This document shows positions 35,475 through 44,301 of a DNA stretch of 50,420 bases, piece by piece. Under the pieces are notes generated by a model. That model was given only the letters and a program-made list of their open reading frames with translations, did not search any database and was not told where the DNA came from. A program made the translations under genes and the position numbers. Numbering within the stretch: the first letter of the stretch is position 1; each line of letters opens with the position of its first letter. This stretch comes from an uncultured Muribaculaceae bacterium (GTDB lineage: Bacteria; Bacteroidota; Bacteroidia; Bacteroidales; UBA932). The stretch is from contig CAYSND010000001.1 in NCBI GenBank assembly GCA_964432305.1, positions 1-50,420 of the forward strand. Reading direction: 5' to 3'.

Positions 35475-35513
35475 TAGCTGTTTAAGAAGTGAGCTGAATG
35501 AACCTGTGGAAAA

Positions 35514-36494
35514 ATGGATGTTGCTTTTACAAATAGTACGACCAAAGTGTCTCATTTGGCTGAACAGATAAGTTTGGCTATCTCAAATGGTGAATTTGAG
35601 GTAGGCGAATCCCTCCCTTCCATTAATGAGTTAAGTAAGAAGTATTCAGTTTCAAGAGATACTGTATGTAAGGCATTTTCTAATCTTAAAGAGAGAGGAC
35701 TTATAGACTCTGTCCCAGGCAAAGGTTTCTATGTTTTAGGCAAGAGGTTTAATATACTTTTACTTCTCGATCACTATTCCTCTTTTAAAAACGAATTGTA
35801 TAATAATTTTGTAAAATCCCTCTCGACAGATTATACAGTAGATTTACTTTTTCATGAATACAATGAATACCTCTTCGATACATTTATTAAAGATTCTATA
35901 GGGAGGTATAATCGATATGTAGTGATGAGTTTTCATAATGAGATATTATCGGGTTCTCTCTCAAAAATAGATAAGAATAAGTTACTCCTTCTCGATTTTG
36001 GTAAATTCGACAAATCGGGATATTCTTATATATGTCAAGATTACGATGAGAATTTCTATAAGGCACTCGCTCAACTCGAGACACGTTTTAGAAGATATAA
36101 AAAGATAGCTCTTGTCTTTTCAAAGGGGATTAATCACCCTGAGAGCAGTATAGAGTTTTTTATAAAATTCTGTAAAGACTTTAATTTTAGATATGAATTG
36201 ATTAATGACATGCACGAGAGAGAGATAGAGAGAGGAACAGCCTATATAGTAGTGCAGCAGAGTGTTGTTGTCTCAATATTGAAAAAGGGGAGAGTTCAGG
36301 GGTTTACATGTGGAGAGGATTTCGGATTGTTAGGATATAATGATTACCCCTTTTATGATGTGATGGATGTGGGGATTACCTCCATTACCATTGATTTTGC
36401 CAAGATGGGAAGAATGGCAGCGGACTTTATTAAAAATAATATAACTATTCGGGAGTACCTTAATACTGAAATAAGAATGAGGCACTCTTTATAA
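35514..36494 (+). CDS. Chimeric transcription regulator: GntR-type wHTH + LacI/PBP1-type sugar-binding domain (AraR-like architecture)
   Basis: 326 aa. N-terminal LPSINELSKKYSVSRDTVCKAFSNLKERGLIDSVPGKGFYV is a GntR HTH. The C-terminus has PBP1 features (..IALVFS.., GEDFGLLGYNDYPFYDVMDVGITSITIDF). Confidence 0.8.
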   Translation: MDVAFTNSTTKVSHLAEQISLAISNGEFEVGESLPSINELSKKYSVSRDTVCKAFSNLKERGLIDSVPGKGFYVLGKRFNILLLLDHYSSFKNELYNNFVKSLSTDYTVDLLFHEYNEYLFDTFIKDSIGRYNRYVVMSFHNEILSGSLSKIDKNKLLLLDFGKFDKSGYSYICQDYDENFYKALAQLETRFRRYKKIALVFSKGINHPESSIEFFIKFCKDFNFRYELINDMHEREIERGTAYIVVQQSVVVSILKKGRVQGFTCGEDFGLLGYNDYPFYDVMDVGITSITIDFAKMGRMAADFIKNNITIREYLNTEIRMRHSL

Positions 36495-36561
36495 CAAAAA
36501 ATAAGTAACCTAATCTATATAACCTTTTTTAAACCTAATTATCAACACTAAAATTTTTTTT

Positions 36562-39500
36562 ATGAATCTAAAACATTTTAAGAGATCGTTGATTATTGCA
36601 CTTGTTCCCCTTTTTATGGGTATCTTGCCATTTAATGGCTATGCTCAGACTAAGGTTTCAGGTGTTATAGTTGATGAGGCAGGGCAACCAATTGTGGGTG
36701 TCGCTGTAAATGTGAAGAACACATCTAAATTCGCTACAAGCGATGAAAATGGAGCTTACGCTATTGACGGTGTTAAGTCGGCAGATGTTCTTGTCTTTCA
36801 GATGTTTGGCTTACAAACCATGGAAGTAGCTGTAGGTGGTAAATCCATTCTAAACGTTACTATGAAAGAGGATGTTCTATCAATTCAAGAGACTGTAGTT
36901 ACTGCACTTGGCATCAAGAGGGAGAAGAAAGCCCTCGGTTATGCAGTTCAAGAGTTGAAAGGATCGGATATTCTAGAAGCTCGTGAGGCAAACATTGTAA
37001 ACTCTTTGTCTGGAAAAATTTCCGGTCTTCAAGTTATTCGTTCAAGTAATGGACCAGCGGGGTCTTCTAAAATTGTACTTCGTGGTAACAACTCTCTAAC
37101 TGGTAATAACCAGCCTTTGATTGTTGTGGACGGTATTCCGATGGACAACTTTACAGGTGCATCGAATAATGACTATTGGAACCCATCACCAGATATGGGT
37201 AATGGTATGTCTGATATAAACCCTGAGGATATTGAGAGTATGTCAGTTCTTAAAGGTGCATCCGCTGCAGCTCTTTATGGATCACGTGCAGGTAACGGAG
37301 TAATCTTGATCACTACCAAATCAGGTCGTAAACAACAAGGTTTGGGACTTTCTATCTCAGGAACAGTAGGTATGGAGACAATATTCATGAGACCTTCATA
37401 TCAGAATAGTTTCGGACAAGGATCAAATGAAGTTTATGATGTCAGATCCGGTAGTAGCTGGGGACCCAAAATCGAGGGACAGGATATATTGAATTGGAGT
37501 GGTGAAACTGTTAAAATGGCTGCTTATGATAACGTAGCTAATTATTTTGCCAAACCAGGACTTAGTAATACCCAGTCTGTTACTTTCCAGCAGGCTTATG
37601 ACAACCTATCTGTATATACTTCATTAACCAGAAGCGATGATATCTCAATAATCCCAGGAGCGACTCTTAATCGTACTAACCTTTCTACACGTGCCGTGTC
37701 TAAATTTGGTAAAGATAAGGAGTGGACTCTTGATACAAAGGTGCAATATATTCGCTCTGCTGCGAAAAATAGACCTTTGTCAGGAAGAAATAGTAGTAAC
37801 GCTTTCAATACTATGTACCTACTTCCACGCTCAATGGATATTACTAATTTTTCAGCAGCTACTAATGAGCAAGGTAAAATGATTTGGTATGGTGGTGGGC
37901 AACAAATGAACCCTTACTGGATGACTAAGTATAATAGAGTGTCAGATACCCGTGATCGTTTCCTTATGACAGCTTCATTGAAGTATGAATTTACTAGTTG
38001 GTTAAATGCTGAAATTAAGGGAGGTACAGATATGTACACCACTGATAATGAAACAAAACTCTATGGAGGTAGCCCTTTGACATCTACAGGAAGATATAGT
38101 TTTGGTAAAAATAGTTTTAATGAGACTAACTTCAGTACTTTAGTTACGGCTAAGAAAGATAATCTTTTTGGTAAATTCGGAGGATCTATTCAGTTAGGAG
38201 GTAACCTAATGAGTACATATTCTAATGGTGTATATGGAAGTTCAGGTGAGCTCCTTGTTCCTAATTTATTCTCTATCAATAATGCTAAGAATGGGAAACC
38301 AGGTGTTGGAGAGAGCTTTTCACAGAAGAAAATGAACTCTCTTTACGGAATGGTACAAACTAACTATGATGGATGGTTGTTTGTGGACGGTACGATTAGA
38401 GGTGACTGGTCATCTGCACTTAGTAAACAGAATAATCCATATTTCTACTATTCAGGTAACGTTGCTTGGGTAATAACAGATATGATGAATAAAATGGGTG
38501 TCTCTTTGCCGGAGTGGTTTACATTCGCTAAATTAAGAGGCTCTATTGCTCAAGTAGGTAATGACTTGGGAGCTTACTCATTATACAATACTTACTGGAT
38601 TGGCACTGATCCACTAGGAGGAACTACAGCAGGTGTAGGGAATGTATTATTAGATCCAAATGTGAGGAATGAATTAATAACCTCGAAAGAGGTGGGATTG
38701 GAACTTCGTTTCTTTAATAGCAGATTAGGACTTGATGTAGCTTGGTATAAATCTAATGCTACTAATCAATTAATTAACCTCCCTATGGACCCATCAAGCG
38801 GGTATAGTGCTAAAAAAATCAATGCGGGTAATATCCAGAACCAAGGGTTGGAGATAATGATTAACGGTAAACCTTTTGAAAGTAACTCTTCAACTGGATT
38901 TTCTTGGGATGTATCGGCTAACTTCTCATTGAATCGCAACAAAATCATTGATTTGGCAGAAGGAGTTAAGCAGTATGGTCTTGGTGGCTTTGATGATATA
39001 CAAATAGTGGCAGAAAAAGGCTCACTTTATGGAGACATCTTAGGTACTACATATAAAAGAGTTACAGATGAGACTAGTCCCTATTTCGGTAAATTACTTT
39101 TATCTGCAGATGGTCTTCCTCAGAGAAACACTGAAAAAACTTTCTTAGGTAATCAGCAAGCATTTGCTTTAGCGGGTCTTACCAATACTTTTAGAATGTA
39201 TAATGTTGATTTAAGTTTCTTAATCGATGCGAGGATTGGTGGCTATATGTTCTCTGGTACAAACCAGACAATGCAACTAAGTGGTACAGCATCTCAAACG
39301 GTAGTTAACGGAGAGAGAGCCAAAATTACAGTAGATGGAGTCTATATGAATGCTACAAATCAGTTGGTTGTTAATGATAAAGAGATTACAACCCAGCAGT
39401 ATTGGGAGTCAGTAGCCGGACAAGGCAACGTGGGTATAGTAGAAGCTAACCTTTATGATGCTACAAATGTTCGTCTTAGAAATGTGCAGTTAGGTTACAC

Positions 39501-39705
39501 TATCCCTAAGACTGCATTGAAATCAATGCCTATTCAGTCTATTAGATTTGGTGTTACTTGTACCAATGTATGGATGTTGTATAGCAAAATGAATGGAATC
39601 GATCCTGAGTCAGTATATTCAACCGGAACCAATGCTGTCGGATTTGAAGGTGGATCTTCTCCTACTACTCGTAATTTTTTGTTTAATATTACTCTTAATT
39701 TCTAA
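36562..39705 (+). CDS. susC: SusC/RagA-family TonB-dependent outer-membrane transporter
   Basis: 1047 aa. Has a signal peptide and a CarboxypepD_reg-like domain (VSGVIVDEAGQPIVGVAVNV). The plug contains ALGIKREKKALGYAVQEL and the SusC signature SSKIVLRGNNSLTGNNQPLIVVDGIP. Ends in the terminal strand NITLNF. No STN signalling extension. Confidence 0.95.
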   Translation: MNLKHFKRSLIIALVPLFMGILPFNGYAQTKVSGVIVDEAGQPIVGVAVNVKNTSKFATSDENGAYAIDGVKSADVLVFQMFGLQTMEVAVGGKSILNVTMKEDVLSIQETVVTALGIKREKKALGYAVQELKGSDILEAREANIVNSLSGKISGLQVIRSSNGPAGSSKIVLRGNNSLTGNNQPLIVVDGIPMDNFTGASNNDYWNPSPDMGNGMSDINPEDIESMSVLKGASAAALYGSRAGNGVILITTKSGRKQQGLGLSISGTVGMETIFMRPSYQNSFGQGSNEVYDVRSGSSWGPKIEGQDILNWSGETVKMAAYDNVANYFAKPGLSNTQSVTFQQAYDNLSVYTSLTRSDDISIIPGATLNRTNLSTRAVSKFGKDKEWTLDTKVQYIRSAAKNRPLSGRNSSNAFNTMYLLPRSMDITNFSAATNEQGKMIWYGGGQQMNPYWMTKYNRVSDTRDRFLMTASLKYEFTSWLNAEIKGGTDMYTTDNETKLYGGSPLTSTGRYSFGKNSFNETNFSTLVTAKKDNLFGKFGGSIQLGGNLMSTYSNGVYGSSGELLVPNLFSINNAKNGKPGVGESFSQKKMNSLYGMVQTNYDGWLFVDGTIRGDWSSALSKQNNPYFYYSGNVAWVITDMMNKMGVSLPEWFTFAKLRGSIAQVGNDLGAYSLYNTYWIGTDPLGGTTAGVGNVLLDPNVRNELITSKEVGLELRFFNSRLGLDVAWYKSNATNQLINLPMDPSSGYSAKKINAGNIQNQGLEIMINGKPFESNSSTGFSWDVSANFSLNRNKIIDLAEGVKQYGLGGFDDIQIVAEKGSLYGDILGTTYKRVTDETSPYFGKLLLSADGLPQRNTEKTFLGNQQAFALAGLTNTFRMYNVDLSFLIDARIGGYMFSGTNQTMQLSGTASQTVVNGERAKITVDGVYMNATNQLVVNDKEITTQQYWESVAGQGNVGIVEANLYDATNVRLRNVQLGYTIPKTALKSMPIQSIRFGVTCTNVWMLYSKMNGIDPESVYSTGTNAVGFEGGSSPTTRNFLFNITLNF

Positions 39706-39709
39706 AGAT

Positions 39710-41671
39710 ATGAGAAAAATATTTATTATAATATTGTCTATTGTTGCTCTCGGATTTGTCACTTCATGTGCAGATTTTGAGGATGTTAATAAAGATCCAA
39801 AAGCAGCAAGTTTAGATCAGGTTCAGGTAGAATACCTTTTGAATAAATCTATTGGTGGAGCACAGATGGATCCACATATTGCTGAGCGTGTCTTTATCCT
39901 TTATTGGAAATCTGCAGGGAGACAACATATTGCGGGAGGTATCGTAAACGGTTCAGCTAATGATGGTTGGACAAATGATTATTATAGCTATCTACAAGGA
40001 TGGATTAAATCAGCAACCTTAGCAGTAAATACTGCTGATGACCAAATTAAAGGTGGAAAAGCCAATGTTTGGGTAAATAATCTTATGCAATGTTCAAGGA
40101 TCTGGAGAGCTTATCTATATTCAGAGTTAACAGATAACTTTGGTCCTTCTGCTTTTAACGAAACACTTGGGGTACTTCCTGAGTTCAAATCGGAGAAAGA
40201 GTGTTATGCGTTCATGTTAAAAGAGTTAAAAGAGTCAGTAAAAGCTATTGATCCCACCAAAGGTTTTGGGGGAAACAATGCAAATGACCCGGCTTACGGG
40301 TATGATTTTAACAAATGGATAAAATTTGGTAACTCCTTGAGAATGAGATTAGCCATGCGTATTTCAAACTCTACTGCAGATCCTGCTTTAGCAAAAGCTG
40401 AGTTTGAAGATGCAGTAAGAGAAGGAAAATATATTTCAGATAAAGGGGATATTTTCAGTGTAAAAGAGAATAACGGTTGGGATGATTTTACAGCAGTAAT
40501 GTCGCGTCAGTGGAATTCTAACATTATCTCTGCTACCCTTAATAACCTAATGATTAATCTTGGAGGGATTACTACAGTTAAATCTATTGGGAGCAAGTAT
40601 CCTATAGCAGCTGCTGTTAAACCTGCTGATTATTTCGGAGTAAGATATGAGAAGCACTATGCAAGCTACACTAATGACCCTTCTATAGGGTTCTGGTTTG
40701 ATGGTCTATATAACACTATGGATCCTAGAGCATATGTGATGTTCCAAATACCAGGCAACCATGATGATAGAGGGAAAGAAGGTAAGAATTTTGATGAGAA
40801 TTACTGTTATTATCCCGGTTGGACAAACGATGCTCGCACACAAACAGTAAAAATGGAGGTTAAGGCTGGTTACACTCCTAATACTGAGCCAATAGTAATA
40901 GATGCTACCTATACTTGGAATGCATTCGCAAATGGTGCTTGGGGAGATGCAGGTTCTGTATGTGAACCAAGAGGATTCACCGGAAAACAGCCTTGCTTAA
41001 AGAATCATTATCGTGGTGGTGAGTTTAAAGGACAGCCAAATAGAAGAGTATTCTTCGCAGCATGGGAGTCTTATTTCTTGATAGCAGAGGCTGCTGTTAA
41101 GGGATGGAGTGTAGGTATGTCTGCTAAAGATGCTTATGAGAGAGGGGTTAAAGCAAGTTTCGAATACAACGGTATTCCGGAATTAGCAGCAGAATATTTA
41201 ACCTCTGAGGATTATAATAGAGTAGGTACTTCTGTTAAGTGGGAACATACAGCAGAAGCTACACCAGTAGTGTATAACTGTGTAAATGGATATACAGGAG
41301 TTGCTGAGACTACTACTTGGAAAAAACCCTCGAACACTATTTATGGTCCTAACAACAACGATGTGATGAATAAAATTCTAACTCAGAAATTTATTGCTCA
41401 GACACCATGGCTCCCATTAGAAACATGGTCTGACCATCGTCGTCTTGGACTTCCTTTCTTTGAAAATTCAGCAGTAGAGCTTCCTATTCAGACTCTACCT
41501 GATTTGAACCAAGCGAATGCTAAGATTATGAATAAGACTACATTCTTCCCTCAAAGGCTTAAATACCCTTCAGGGCTTGAAAATAGTAACCCTACAGGTT
41601 ACGCGAAAGCAGTTCAACTATTAGGAGGTAAAGATGATGTACTTACCCCTCTTTGGTGGGCTAAGAGGTAG
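39710..41671 (+). CDS. susD: SusD/RagB-family glycan-binding lipoprotein
   Basis: I start it at the ATG at 39710 (MRKIFIIILSIVALGFVTSC, lipobox). This is 4 nt after the susC stop. The track's 39593 start lies inside susC. 653 aa with a SusD-like C-terminus (WSDHRRLGLPFF). Confidence 0.9.
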   Translation: MRKIFIIILSIVALGFVTSCADFEDVNKDPKAASLDQVQVEYLLNKSIGGAQMDPHIAERVFILYWKSAGRQHIAGGIVNGSANDGWTNDYYSYLQGWIKSATLAVNTADDQIKGGKANVWVNNLMQCSRIWRAYLYSELTDNFGPSAFNETLGVLPEFKSEKECYAFMLKELKESVKAIDPTKGFGGNNANDPAYGYDFNKWIKFGNSLRMRLAMRISNSTADPALAKAEFEDAVREGKYISDKGDIFSVKENNGWDDFTAVMSRQWNSNIISATLNNLMINLGGITTVKSIGSKYPIAAAVKPADYFGVRYEKHYASYTNDPSIGFWFDGLYNTMDPRAYVMFQIPGNHDDRGKEGKNFDENYCYYPGWTNDARTQTVKMEVKAGYTPNTEPIVIDATYTWNAFANGAWGDAGSVCEPRGFTGKQPCLKNHYRGGEFKGQPNRRVFFAAWESYFLIAEAAVKGWSVGMSAKDAYERGVKASFEYNGIPELAAEYLTSEDYNRVGTSVKWEHTAEATPVVYNCVNGYTGVAETTTWKKPSNTIYGPNNNDVMNKILTQKFIAQTPWLPLETWSDHRRLGLPFFENSAVELPIQTLPDLNQANAKIMNKTTFFPQRLKYPSGLENSNPTGYAKAVQLLGGKDDVLTPLWWAKR

Positions 41672-41691
41672 TTAGTAAATTAATAAGGTTT

Positions 41692-41723
41692 AGAGGGTGG
41701 TATTTATTTCAATACCACCCTCT
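41692..41723 (+). terminator. Intrinsic terminator-like hairpin after susD
   Basis: Perfect 13-bp stem AGAGGGTGGTATT / AATACCACCCTCT with the 6-nt loop TATTTC, followed by the T-rich ATTTATTT. It begins 20 nt after the susD stop. Confidence 0.7.
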
Positions 41724-41728
41724 ATTTA

Positions 41729-41763
41729 TTTACCCCCTTTGTGTTTCCCCGGTGGGGAAAGGA
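41729..41763 (+). repeat. Direct repeat copy 1 (35 nt) with internal 7-bp hairpin
   Basis: Sequence TTTACCCCCTTTGTGTTTCCCCGGTGGGGAAAGGA. The hairpin TTTCCCC-GGT-GGGGAAA lies at 41744-41760. Confidence 0.8.
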
Positions 41764-41973
41764 TGCACGACACTACTGTCTTTCCCCCTGCTTCGCAGGT
41801 ACGACCCGTGTCGGTCGTCTGATGACGACTTCTTCCGCTTACTTTATGTTTGGTTTGGTGGTTCTTGGGGAGTTTCGTCAAGTTTAAAGGCTAAGCAATT
41901 TTAATTACACTCATTCCGTAAGCCCGAGCCGCAGTGGTTGCTGAAGCAACACCAAACTTCGTTTGGTTAAAAT

Positions 41974-42007
41974 TTTACCCCTTTGTGTTTCCCCGGTGGG
42001 GAAAGGA
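41974..42007 (+). repeat. Direct repeat copy 2 (34 nt), identical except for one fewer C
   Basis: Sequence TTTACCCCTTTGTGTTTCCCCGGTGGGGAAAGGA. The hairpin lies at 41988-42004. The copy ends 1 nt before the stop codon of the minus-strand GH92 gene. Confidence 0.8.
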
Positions 42008-42008
42008 G

Positions 42009-44264
42009 TTATTCAAAAGTTAGTTTTCCTTTATGTGAAAGCTCTTTATAAGTTATAAAAGGTTTCTGAATGGGTTTGCCATTGAGTTTTATCTTCATGA
42101 AAATATTTTTTTCAGGGGAGTTATCAGGTGCGGAAATCTTAAATCTGCTTCCGTTTTCATTAGTAATAGAGACCTTTCTAAAGAGAGGAGAGCCAAGTGC
42201 AAACTCATCAGATGCAGGGTTCACGGGGTAAAACCCCATTGCACTCATTACAAACCAGGCTGAGGTCTGTCCATTATCTTCATCTCCGCAATAACCATCA
42301 GGGGTGGCATTATAGAATCTCTCCATAACCTCCCTTACTCTGCTCTGAGTCTTATCCAGTTCATCAACATAATTATATAGATATATAGCGTGCTGAACAG
42401 GCTGATTCCCATGTGCATAGTTTCCATAATTCATAATTTGCATCTCTCGTATTTCATGAATAGTAAATCCATAATATGAATCATCGAAAATAGGGGGGAG
42501 TACGAACATTGAGTCTAACATTTTACTAAATTCTTTTTTCCCACCCATTAAAGAGATAAGTCCCTCGATATCATGAAACACACTCCAAGTATAATGAATG
42601 GCATTCCCTTCCGTAAAGGCATCTCCCCATTTGAAAGGGTTAAAAGGCTCGGAAAATTTTCCGCTCTGTTGCTTTCCTCTCATTAGCTTGGTAGTAGGGT
42701 CAAAAATGTTTTTATAATTATTAGAGCGGTCATAATATTTTTTTACCTCCACTTCGCTCTTACCAAGCTCCTTCGCAAGTTTATAAATACACCAGTCTGC
42801 GTAAGCATATTCGAGGGTGCGGGCAGCCGATTCGTTAATCCCTACATCAGATGGGACATACCCTAATTTATTATAATAATGGGCCCCTTTTCTCCCTACT
42901 GAAGTTAGAGGTCCCTCATTCTCGCTGTTTTTTATAACAGCTTCATAGAGCCTCTCTATATCGTACCCTCTTATCCCATTGAGATATGCACCTGCTATGA
43001 TTGATGCTGAATTAGAGCCTATCATACAGTCTCTATGTCCGGGAGATGCCCATTCAGGTAACCATCCGCTCTCATTATAGGTGTTTGTAAGCCCCTCCAT
43101 AATCCGAGAGGTAAGTTCAGGATAAAAGAGGGTGTAAAAAGGGAATACCGCCCTGAATGTGTCCCAAAAGCCATTGTCTGTAAACATTTCCCCCTGCATG
43201 ACCTCCCCATTGTAGGGACTGTAATGGACTCTCTCACCTTTTTCATTTATTTCGCTAAAATCACGCGGAAAAAGCATAAGGCGATAAAGAGAGGAGTAGA
43301 AAACTGAGATGTCGTCATATTTACCACCACTTACCATAAATCTTGAAAGCTCCTCATTCCACCTCTTTTTGCTTTCACTTTTAGTGGTTTCAAAAGAGTC
43401 ACCTCCCACTTCTCTTTTAAGGTTAAGCTCTGCCTGCTCAAAAGAGATAAAGGAGGAGGCAACCTTTGCCGAAACCGTCCCATTTCCCTGAGTGTCAAAT
43501 GAGACTACAATCCCTGTGTGATTTCCTTTTGCTTCTTTAATCTCTCTCTCTTTACTATGGTAATAGGTTGAGTCCACCCATAAAGAATATCTAACTATAG
43601 GTCTATCAAACTCTATTACAAAGTAGTTTTTAAAATTCTCAGGAACTCCTCCGCTATTTCGTGTGGTATAACCTATAACTTGTCCTTTCTCTGCCTCTAC
43701 TTTTATATAAGAACCTTTGTCAAAACAGTCTATAACTACATTTGAACTACCCTCTCCCCCCTGAGGATATTTTATACGGAACTGTGCGGCACGTGAAGTC
43801 GGGGTTAGCTCTGCAGTGATGTCATAATCTGCTAAATAGACACTATAATAGTATGGCTTTGCTATCTCTGATTTATGTGAAAACCAGCTTTGTCGTTTCT
43901 CCTCCTCGAAAATAGGTGCGCCTGTAGTTGGCATTATGGAGAATTGACCATAATCATTGATCCATGGACTTGGCTGATGGGTCTGCTTAAACCCCCTTAT
44001 GTGGTGACTATTATATTTATATTGCCATCCATCCCCCATTTTTCCTGTTTGTGGGGTCCAAAAATTCATCCCCCATGGGAGGGCTATAGCAGGGTAGGTG
44101 TTTCCGTTAGAGAGGAGATATTCAGAGTCTGTTCCCATTAAGATATTTACCCACTCCACTGGGGAAGTTACACTCTCTATATACCCTTCAGGGAGGGTTT
44201 TATGTTCAGAACAGGAGGAGATATATAAAGTTACCAGAATGGCTAATAATATTCTTTTCTTCAT
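42009..44264 (-). CDS. GH92 alpha-mannosidase lipoprotein
   Basis: 751 aa. Lipobox YISSC. Contains WVNILMGTD, FTEGNAIHYTW and CGDEDNGQTSAWFVMSAMGFY. Confidence 0.9.
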   Translation of the reverse strand: MKKRILLAILVTLYISSCSEHKTLPEGYIESVTSPVEWVNILMGTDSEYLLSNGNTYPAIALPWGMNFWTPQTGKMGDGWQYKYNSHHIRGFKQTHQPSPWINDYGQFSIMPTTGAPIFEEEKRQSWFSHKSEIAKPYYYSVYLADYDITAELTPTSRAAQFRIKYPQGGEGSSNVVIDCFDKGSYIKVEAEKGQVIGYTTRNSGGVPENFKNYFVIEFDRPIVRYSLWVDSTYYHSKEREIKEAKGNHTGIVVSFDTQGNGTVSAKVASSFISFEQAELNLKREVGGDSFETTKSESKKRWNEELSRFMVSGGKYDDISVFYSSLYRLMLFPRDFSEINEKGERVHYSPYNGEVMQGEMFTDNGFWDTFRAVFPFYTLFYPELTSRIMEGLTNTYNESGWLPEWASPGHRDCMIGSNSASIIAGAYLNGIRGYDIERLYEAVIKNSENEGPLTSVGRKGAHYYNKLGYVPSDVGINESAARTLEYAYADWCIYKLAKELGKSEVEVKKYYDRSNNYKNIFDPTTKLMRGKQQSGKFSEPFNPFKWGDAFTEGNAIHYTWSVFHDIEGLISLMGGKKEFSKMLDSMFVLPPIFDDSYYGFTIHEIREMQIMNYGNYAHGNQPVQHAIYLYNYVDELDKTQSRVREVMERFYNATPDGYCGDEDNGQTSAWFVMSAMGFYPVNPASDEFALGSPLFRKVSITNENGSRFKISAPDNSPEKNIFMKIKLNGKPIQKPFITYKELSHKGKLTFE

Positions 44265-44301
44265 GACTTCATGCGTATAGATAGTTATTTAATGGGTTGT
44301 C

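Noticed and set aside
35383-35513. Possible invertible promoter (inverton) upstream of the regulator and susC
   Set aside because: The only inverted repeat is 8 bp. Bacteroides invertons have much longer inverted repeats, and no site-specific recombinase is nearby.
36554-36561. T8 homopolymer directly before the susC ATG as a possible slipped-strand phase-variation tract
   Set aside because: It is outside the coding frame and not positioned between promoter elements. A/T-rich unstructured leaders are the norm for Bacteroidetes translation initiation.
39593-39709. N-terminal 39-codon extension of the SusD ORF overlapping the end of susC
   Set aside because: The extension lies inside the susC coding region in another frame. 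The internal ATG at 39710 gives a canonical lipoprotein signal (…LGFVTSC) 4 nt after the susC stop.
41822-41887. 21-codon ORF (MTTSSAYFMFGLVVLGEFRQV) with its ATG inside the GTCGTC/GACGAC hairpin; considered as a type I toxin-like peptide
   Set aside because: The hydrophobic stretch is too short for a transmembrane helix. There is no recognisable translation-initiation context or antisense partner, and ORFs of this size arise by chance. It is kept only as a remote possibility under the intergenic-element finding.
41729-42007. Reading the two palindromic 34-35-nt repeats as a minimal CRISPR array
   Set aside because: There are only two copies, separated by about 210 nt, which is far longer than a spacer. 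There are no cas genes in the window, and the repeats sit between convergent metabolic genes.
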